43,141 nucleotides of DNA, from assembly GCA_900088475.1 (NCBI GenBank), contig FLMG01004729.1, positions 1 through 43,141 of the forward strand. Direction: 5' to 3'. The notes beneath the pieces are model-generated. The model searched no databases, had not been told where the DNA came from, and was given only the letters and a program-made list of their open reading frames with translations. Source of the stretch: Hyphochytrium catenoides (lineage: Eukaryota; Protista; Hyphochytriomycota). Both the position numbers and the translations under genes were made by a program. Below are positions 36,036-43,141 of the stretch, piece by piece (the stretch's first letter is position 1; each line of letters starts with the position of its first letter).

Positions 36036-38996
36036 ATGCCAGTTGGACTTCGTCCCAATGGAATGGCACTAGGTAGTGCTCCTACAGCGGGCGGACCTAC
36101 GGAGGCCAAAGACAAGCAACCCTTTATGTCTGGTGGAGAGAATCCCTGTCGGCAGCTGGATCTGGCCAAGATCCAGCTGTGTGAAGCGTTTCTTCGAATG
36201 TTACAATCCATTCCACCTTGTGAAGCGGCGAGGGTGCAAGAGGTAGACAAGCCCAAGAGCCGTCTCACCGTCGTCTTTGCCAGTCGCCTTGGAGCTATTG
36301 CATGTGGATTCTCTCACGCCGCAGTGCGAGGTTCAAAGGTATCCTCGCAGGAGAAGGTGAAGGCGGTCTCTTACCGACACATTAGAGACCAGATCATCGT
36401 CATTGCAAGATCTCTCAGACTCAGTAAGAGCACGACTCCGTATTCGGTCCCTCAGATGGCGCCGTCAACCTCTATAGGTGCTTCTAGGTCGCCGCACGGT
36501 GGCATCAGTAGTTACTTTTTTCTTCTTCGTGGCTCAAGTAAGGTGTCGCAACCGGAGACCTTGAACACTGAGGTTGGGCCCTGCGCCAGGCGCCCTTTCA
36601 GCCAGTTGAAAATGTGCCCTCCGGACGCTGAGAGTCTGCCGAGCAGCAAGGACCCCGTTAACTTCTGTCATCCTAATGCCGTCATGGTTACTTCCAAGAG
36701 GGTCAGAAGCCCTGTACACAGCCAGAAAGTCCATCCCAGCAGGGCAAGAGCGTTCCCAGCGAGAGAGCAATCCAAGCTTCGCATGCTACTGGCCAGTGTG
36801 CCATTCTTAGAGTTGACCGAGGAAGAGACCCTGCTCACTGTCATGCATAAGCTCTTTGGCGAGAGACATGCCAACTTGTGGTTGAGCCATCATAGGGAGG
36901 TGCTGCTTGGTATTGCGTGGCTTTGCCTCCTATTCTCGTCCGTAACCTTACCCATCATCCTAGTTCTTGACCCTGACTTCAAGGCCACGGCACTTTGGAA
37001 TAATTTGGCCATCGGATGCGCCGCCGGGGGCCTGCTTTGCACGATCGCCTTAACTTCCTTGCTGAACTATCGCCTCTTTCGACTGATGCTGTCTACCTTC
37101 GACCTCCTCTTTCTCTTGATCGAGATGGTAGTCTACGCTGCGGCCATTGTCACTATCTTTTGTGGGGACGTCCTGGGCTACTGCGTGGCAATCTGCGTGG
37201 CCTCCGGCAACTTCATTCACATATTTTATGACTGCATACCTCCTAAAGTTAGAAAGAAGAAGGGAGTCAGCCTGTTCTTCCCTTGCTTCTGGAACCTGCT
37301 CATCTGGGCGATTCTCTATGGGAAACCTCCCAAGGCAATGTGTCTGTATGAACTCAACCTCATGACCGGCGCTTTGGCCATGCCAGATGAGTCTGATAGC
37401 GACTGGAAGCTCTGCATCTACGACTTCTGCATCAACCGTGGCTTAAATGTTGTCCTTATGTTCTTCAAGCTCTTGGTTGCGTCTCGAAGATACCCTGACG
37501 ACTGCGTGGTGCTAAAGTCGAAGCTGCGGCTTGTGGAATGGCAAGTACGGAGCTCTCCCGCTAAGGCTGAGAATGACCAACGAAGCGATTCTTTCTCGGA
37601 AGATATAATTGGGGCAGGGACCAAGAGCAAGAGCATCTTACGTTATAGTGAAGAAGAGAACCGGCAAAGGCAGCTCGGTATGTCCGCGGAGATCGAAAGA
37701 TCCTTGCCACCACTCAATAGCAGCAATACAGAGGGCGATAGTTCAGAGCAAGCGCTCTGTGAAGCAATGCAGGCTTACTTGGCTTCGGTGAAGAGTTTAT
37801 CATCAGAGTATGAGTGGAAGCTTCTAGTGGATATATATCTAGAGCTTCGCAAGCGGCTTCCTCCTGCCGCCCCAACAGTGACACCACCCGTCGGAGAACC
37901 ATCGGTTGAATGCAATGGCTCTGCATGCGCTTCTCTCCACGAGCAGAGTCCAAACCTACGCAAGCATCGAGGACAAGAGCAGGAAGAAAATATCAGTCCT
38001 AGCTCTCCTTGTCTGCGAGGAGTCTCTGTTCATCGCCATCCGCAGACGAAAATGGAAAAGATGAGCTCTATGGTGGACAGTCTAAAGAGCCGATGCTTTT
38101 CTTCTTCTCATCCAGATGCTCGTCCTGTGGGTCATGAGCGTCCTGTGAGTCATGGCAAAAGATATGCCCTAACCGTGGCCCAATTATGCGCTGAGATGAC
38201 GGAGAAACAAAGCCAAGAGACTGTCATGATGAGATGGTTAGGACAAGGATTTGCAACCAAGTGGTTTCAGTGGCGACGTGTCCTGGTGTCCTCGGCCTAC
38301 CTCTCCTTCTTTTTCTATATAGCGGCTGCCATCACTTTCATTCTAGTCATTAACAGCGTGCCACCGAGTGTGACGACCAAGCTTGCCATAGCGATGGTCG
38401 TGGTCTCTGCTTATGTCTTGGTCTATTATACCAGCTTTATCAACCACTGGATCCTACTGAGGAGCTTTCAGACGTTCGACGTTGCCTTCTTTCTCATGCA
38501 CCTCTTCATCTTCATGTTGGCTGTAGCAAGTTCATTCTGTTTCTCAATAGCAGGTTGCTGCCTAGCGCTTAGCTGGGTCTTCAGTGTCGGCACGGCGCTC
38601 ATCTACGACTGCTATCCTCTTCGTACTCGAAGGAAGCACAAGCTTGTGGCCTTCATCGGCACGGGCTTTGTGATCGGCTTCTTGTTACTTTGGTGCGCAC
38701 AGATGGTGGGTGGACGAATGTGCTACTATAGATTTTTCATGAAGGATGGATACCTTCACTTAGAAGACCTGGGGCAAGGGAAGAAGCCTGGGCTTTCTCT
38801 CTTCGCGTCAGGGCTAAGCAGTGGGTTCACAGTCTTCATACTTCTTTGCCGCATCTGCTACCTCTTCCTTCGTTCCAGGATAGACGACTGTGTCATACTA
38901 CGCAGTCGCTTACGGCTGATCATGATCCCGTCTGAACTTACTGCAGATGCGGTTTCTGAGGGAATCAGTAGTCCAGGACCAGATGCACCGCGGTGA
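36036..38996 (+). CDS. Uncharacterised polytopic membrane protein with two internal 6-TM repeats (paralog B), ~986 aa, intronless
   Basis: First in-frame ATG at 36036. Shares LNYRLFRLMLSTFDLLFL, DFCINRGLN, YPDDCVVLKSKLRL, LCEAM.AYL...EWK..VD.YL, GK.YALTV..L..EMTE and WFQWRR with paralog A. Confidence 0.85.
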   Translation: MPVGLRPNGMALGSAPTAGGPTEAKDKQPFMSGGENPCRQLDLAKIQLCEAFLRMLQSIPPCEAARVQEVDKPKSRLTVVFASRLGAIACGFSHAAVRGSKVSSQEKVKAVSYRHIRDQIIVIARSLRLSKSTTPYSVPQMAPSTSIGASRSPHGGISSYFFLLRGSSKVSQPETLNTEVGPCARRPFSQLKMCPPDAESLPSSKDPVNFCHPNAVMVTSKRVRSPVHSQKVHPSRARAFPAREQSKLRMLLASVPFLELTEEETLLTVMHKLFGERHANLWLSHHREVLLGIAWLCLLFSSVTLPIILVLDPDFKATALWNNLAIGCAAGGLLCTIALTSLLNYRLFRLMLSTFDLLFLLIEMVVYAAAIVTIFCGDVLGYCVAICVASGNFIHIFYDCIPPKVRKKKGVSLFFPCFWNLLIWAILYGKPPKAMCLYELNLMTGALAMPDESDSDWKLCIYDFCINRGLNVVLMFFKLLVASRRYPDDCVVLKSKLRLVEWQVRSSPAKAENDQRSDSFSEDIIGAGTKSKSILRYSEEENRQRQLGMSAEIERSLPPLNSSNTEGDSSEQALCEAMQAYLASVKSLSSEYEWKLLVDIYLELRKRLPPAAPTVTPPVGEPSVECNGSACASLHEQSPNLRKHRGQEQEENISPSSPCLRGVSVHRHPQTKMEKMSSMVDSLKSRCFSSSHPDARPVGHERPVSHGKRYALTVAQLCAEMTEKQSQETVMMRWLGQGFATKWFQWRRVLVSSAYLSFFFYIAAAITFILVINSVPPSVTTKLAIAMVVVSAYVLVYYTSFINHWILLRSFQTFDVAFFLMHLFIFMLAVASSFCFSIAGCCLALSWVFSVGTALIYDCYPLRTRRKHKLVAFIGTGFVIGFLLLWCAQMVGGRMCYYRFFMKDGYLHLEDLGQGKKPGLSLFASGLSSGFTVFILLCRICYLFLRSRIDDCVILRSRLRLIMIPSELTADAVSEGISSPGPDAPR

Positions 38997-39519
38997 GAAG
39001 GATCAGACTGCCTAGCCCATCCAACAGGTTTGGGGCAGCATGCTCCAATTGACTCCAAAGGAGGGTAGCAGCCAAGACAGAGCGTTGCCTCTGGAGTGGA
39101 TCTTAAGCACAGTCACTGTCAGTGTGAATGGCAGAGGTTGCTCCATCTCTCATGAGCAAGAAAATCACCTTTCTCGGGCGATGCCCACCATGTGATCACG
39201 CCAATCCTTTTGAGCTATTGAAGACCATCCAGTGGGAGAAAAGTCGACGCTGTTGTCCTAGAGCGCTGGATTCAGAGTGAAGCCAAATTCTGCCCATCAA
39301 GGCTGGTGCGATATGTCACTACGTATTTCCTTTATAGACGCAGTGTCAAGAACTCCAAGGTAGGATGAGAGTGAAGGACGCACTGTCAAGAACTGAGCGC
39401 TCAGTAGTAAGAGATTATTGGCGGTCTGGTGCTAGTCCACGTGGTAAGAGAGCTAACCCGACCAAGAAAGCGCAATGAGGGAGGCGGGCGCATATGGCAG
39501 ATCCACCGCCATGTGTAAG

Positions 39520-39582
39520 NNNNNNNNNNNNNNNNNNNNNNNNNNNNNNNNNNNNNNNNNNNNNNNNNNNNNNNNNNNNNNN
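39520..39582. other. Assembly gap (N run)
   Basis: Run of n characters. Confidence 0.99.
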
Positions 39583-39703
39583 AATATGTACTGATCATGC
39601 AAGGGACAAACCTAAAACGATTATAGACTTATTTCCATTCTGCTGTCATCAGTGGCACCGAGAACATCACAGGCACGGCCACCACTTCGTCTTGGGACGG
39701 TTG

Positions 39704-41461
39704 TTACAAGCTGATCTCTCTCTCTGGGGCACCAGCAGGTGCAGGAGCACTTGATGGTCGTTGTTGACCGCCTTCCACATGCTCGCTGATGAAAGCTTGC
39801 TTGCGGGCACTTAAATTATCATTCAAGGAAGTCATGTTTGCGGCAGCAGCCTGTCCTTGCGCTTGTTGTCTTGATATCCCACTGTGGGCCTGTGTTGAAG
39901 ACGACAGAGAGCTTTGATTTATTTCGTCTACTGCCACCGCGTTGGCAACATGTGAGCTAGCGGTAACGACTACACTTAGTAATCTGGAGCCACAAAATGT
40001 GCAGAACTGAGCCTCCCCATTCTCTGACCCTACCCGGCCGCACTTGGTGCACAAGTTTGCTGGAGCGGAGCCGGACTCTTCGATATCATTCGCTGTGGCA
40101 GCCATAACAGTGCCTGCTGCAGCAGCTGTTGGACCAACACTGATCGCTGGCTGTTGTTGCATTCTGCTTGGTGTAGACGCAAGCACGGCGGCAGCACCAG
40201 CAGCAGCCACTCCTCCAGAACCCATACCAGCCCCGCCGCTGCCGCCTGTGCCCCATTGACTGTTAGAAGCTCCAGGGACTCCAGCCGAAGCAGGTGCGGC
40301 TCCAATGTCGTTTACAGCGAAAAAGGGCAAGTCACTTGTCTCCCCTCCTTTCCCAGTGTGATTGTTGTCGATGTGGGACTCAAGATCGGCGTCACCCGCA
40401 CCCCGACCGCCGCTCCTACGACGCCGATACATCACTAGGCCAAGGACGATGAGACCAATGCCAACCAGGCCAGCGGCGACTGCAATCACTGCGACCACGG
40501 CCGTGGAGAGACCGGAGGAGTCTTCTTCGGCCGCTTGGTCGTTGACCGCTGCTCCTCCTCCAGCATCACTGCCCGTAGTTTGACCTGGAGACTTGCTGCC
40601 TCCAGATGATGATGGAGAGCCATTTGAACCCTTGCTCCCTGAAGATGGCGCTCCATCGGCGATGGTGCTGTTGTTAGCGCAGACAGGCTTTTTGCCTATC
40701 GGAAACACCTCAGAAAAGGCTGCCTGTTCCTTCTCGGGATCCTCTGCTAGCTTATAGCGGAAGCGCAGGATATGCTGCCCTGGAGTGATCGTCTTGGGGA
40801 TCAGAAGTTCGTCTTCTTTCTTGGGGTCCATCTCATACGTCTGTACCACTTCCCCAAGCTTCTCCCTCGTCTGTGCAGGGATGAGATCGATACTTAGAGA
40901 CATGACATCCGCTCCAAAGCGGTAGGGCATGTTCACCCAGTAGATGTTGAGGTTGATCTTATCTCCAGGATCATAATAAGTGGTGGCCAACGGCTTCATC
41001 ACACGGAGAGCCTCGGGGTTCTCCATCGTCCGAGGCTTGAATGACTCAGTTGTGCAGAGCTTGAACGTGCCTACGACTGAGAAGATTGGAGAGATCAGCG
41101 TATAGCTGCCCTTAGAGTTTATGAAGCGGAACTGGTATTGACCGGCTGGCATGGTGCTCGGAATGTACCACGTCCAGGAGCTGTCTTTGCTATTATACGC
41201 TGCGATGTCAACGACAGCCTTATTCTTGTCCAGCACCTCAACGTTTGCCAATATGGGATCCAAGATGTTCCTACTCGTTACAAAGTTAAAGGAGTGAAGG
41301 CAGCTCGAGCCAGCATCGCAGGCCTTCACTTGCTTCCATGTCACTTCCGGAGCATTGCCGCTTGAGCTCTCCCCTTCTGCAAGAGCCACGGGACTCTGAC
41401 AGAGCCCTAGGAGGGCTAGAAGCACCGCATAGATGAAGAAGGATATATGGACTACTACCAT
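39704..41461 (-). CDS. Type I single-pass membrane protein: signal peptide, two beta-rich ectodomain repeats, Ser/Gly stalk, TM helix, cytoplasmic C4 zinc ribbon, 585 aa
   Basis: Signal peptide (FFIYAVLLALLGLCQSPVALA). Repeats WTWYIPSTMPAGQYQFRF...SPIFSV and LLIPKTITPGQHILRFRY...SEVFPI. TM AVVAVIAVAAGLVGIGLIVLGLVMY followed by RRRR. Zinc ribbon CTKCG...AQFCTFCG. Confidence 0.85.
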   Translation of the reverse strand: MVVVHISFFIYAVLLALLGLCQSPVALAEGESSSGNAPEVTWKQVKACDAGSSCLHSFNFVTSRNILDPILANVEVLDKNKAVVDIAAYNSKDSSWTWYIPSTMPAGQYQFRFINSKGSYTLISPIFSVVGTFKLCTTESFKPRTMENPEALRVMKPLATTYYDPGDKINLNIYWVNMPYRFGADVMSLSIDLIPAQTREKLGEVVQTYEMDPKKEDELLIPKTITPGQHILRFRYKLAEDPEKEQAAFSEVFPIGKKPVCANNSTIADGAPSSGSKGSNGSPSSSGGSKSPGQTTGSDAGGGAAVNDQAAEEDSSGLSTAVVAVIAVAAGLVGIGLIVLGLVMYRRRRSGGRGAGDADLESHIDNNHTGKGGETSDLPFFAVNDIGAAPASAGVPGASNSQWGTGGSGGAGMGSGGVAAAGAAAVLASTPSRMQQQPAISVGPTAAAAGTVMAATANDIEESGSAPANLCTKCGRVGSENGEAQFCTFCGSRLLSVVVTASSHVANAVAVDEINQSSLSSSTQAHSGISRQQAQGQAAAANMTSLNDNLSARKQAFISEHVEGGQQRPSSAPAPAGAPEREISL

Positions 41462-42287
41462 CCTTCCCGTGACGAGGTGTATCTTCTTCTAATCAGCTTC
41501 TTGACAGAAGAAAGGTGTGCTGTCGTTCTCTTCTTTTGCAGCGTCAGCAGGCGCACAGATGGGAGGGAAAAGTCAACGCAGACACTATGATCATTGAAGA
41601 GCAGACACAATGATGACGAAGAGCAGACACAGCGCCGCCGTCTATTAGCGGCTCGTCGTGATGGGGGACTAGCGGTGTGCTGCGTGAAGAAAGTCAGGAT
41701 GTCATGTTGATAAAAACATGATCATCGCCGCCGTAGGGCAGAGTTCCCTCTTCTACTACTCCCAGTGCTCCCTGTCCAGAGAGAGAGAGAGAGAGAGAGA
41801 GTACTCAGATAGAGGAGAGAAGGGATGGAGGACGTAACAGAGAGAGAAGGGGAGAATAAGAGGAGACGGTACACATTCGTTGAAGCCGACAACACCTCTC
41901 TAGGTGATGGCTGCAGAGAGGAGGAGTGCCAAGAAGCGAAGAAGCACTCAGCAGACAGAGTGACGGCAATGGGATAAGAAGACAATGGGAAGAGGAGAGG
42001 GAGAGATGGCACCATGAAAGGGGCGTGAGACGGGGGCCCATTGTCTATTCTCTCTCCTCTTCTCTCTCCTTGTCTTCTTGTCTCTCTCTCCTCTCTAAAA
42101 CATACTGTTCCGTGTGCTCTGTGGCATGAGAATCGTTGTTGGCAGAGAGGGAAGAGGGAGGGACGATGACAGACTAAGGCCTGTTCAGGAGAAGAGGGAG
42201 GAAAACAGAACAGCGCCCACAATGTGGCTCCCAAGATACGGAGCGATGGCGGTCAATGCGATTGAAGCATCAGCTCTTATAATACGG

Positions 42288-42340
<53 letters not shown>

Positions 42341-42545
42341 TAGTGAACGATACAAAAGATGGTGTAAAAGGGAGGAGAAAGAGAGAGAGATGGAGAGAGA
42401 GAGAGAGAGACAAAAGAGGGTGGAAGAGGGAAGAGAAAGAGAGAGGGAGACAGAGAGAGGGAGACAAAGAGAGGGAGACAAAGAGAGGGAAAGAAGTTAG
42501 TGAACGATAGGAAAAGGTGAAGAGGGGGGAAGGGAGAGAGAAAGA
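42288..42545. repeat. (GA)n microsatellite / purine-rich composite repeat
   Basis: Long GA runs with GTTAGTGAACGATA repeated at ~42338 and ~42496. Confidence 0.95.
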
Positions 42546-43141
42546 AAGGGGTGGATGCGCACGTAGATCGCACATAGCTCCACAATCTATGTCCTACCAC
42601 GTCCAAACTGCCGCACCACCTTTTAACTAACAAATGAGGGGGAACGGTTTTACACCTTTGTTCCCAGAAGAAAGGAGCGATACTATATCCCTGATACAGC
42701 CTTTTCATCGACAGAATACAGCAATGAGACTACTTATTATTCAGGATAATAAAACCTTAGTCTGGGCTGGGGGCCCTAGAAGGCCAATCTGAAGGGGGAG
42801 CTGACGGTTGGTGCGCTGTCTGCCTCTCCTGGTCATGAACGTTGAACAAAAAGTGCGGATCCTGGAAAAAGGAGAGTGAAGGTCGTACAGTAGTTTCTGT
42901 AGACCAAACGTGAACATGACGATTTGTGATATATTATATAAAAATAAGAATCATCATAGCTGAATGATAGAGCATTACAAATCGTTGTGTCCTTTGTCTG
43001 GAGAGTAACGTTGTTGACTACTTAGCTCGTACTTAGCTCGTACCGGAAAACTCAACAGAAAGGGAGCTTGGAGGGACATTTCCAGGGCCTAGTTGCCAAA
43101 CTTTCCTGGCCTCATTCGTCGCTGTTTGCCTAGCGGGGTGG

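Noticed and set aside
39338-39396. Direct repeat GACGCA(G/C)TGTCAAGAACT near the gap
   Set aside because: Two copies only, with no support for a function; likewise the small duplications at ~41580-41630 and ~43019-43043.

Overview
Eukaryotic genomic DNA with GT-AG spliceosomal introns, GA/CT microsatellites and one N gap; the taxon cannot be fixed from this window alone. The ORF track misses the two largest genes because they are split into many exons. Splicing by hand, with phase checked at every junction, gives seven genes. (1) A 2-exon 7TM-RGS receptor-like gene, 6300-8180. (2) A 21-exon ~915-aa protein with an unusual architecture: two ADF-H (drebrin/coactosin-like) domains, a ubiquitin-like domain, a WH2-like LRKT motif and a TKL kinase, 9519-15279. 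(3) A ~19-exon ~1016-aa TM-dCache_1-TM-HAMP-class III nucleotidyl cyclase, 17495-24109; it has an amino-acid-sensor motif, guanylyl-cyclase-like specificity residues and a missing metal-binding Asp. (4) An intronless zinc-finger alpha-kinase on the minus strand. (5, 6) Two tandem intronless paralogs of an unassigned 2x6-TM internally duplicated membrane protein. (7) An intronless type I membrane protein with a cytoplasmic zinc ribbon on the minus strand. Between the genes lie a Ty1/copia RT fragment, a ~41-bp minisatellite, probable decayed LINE remnants and a ~365-bp foldback inverted repeat. All domain calls come from motif recognition by eye; no searches were run.
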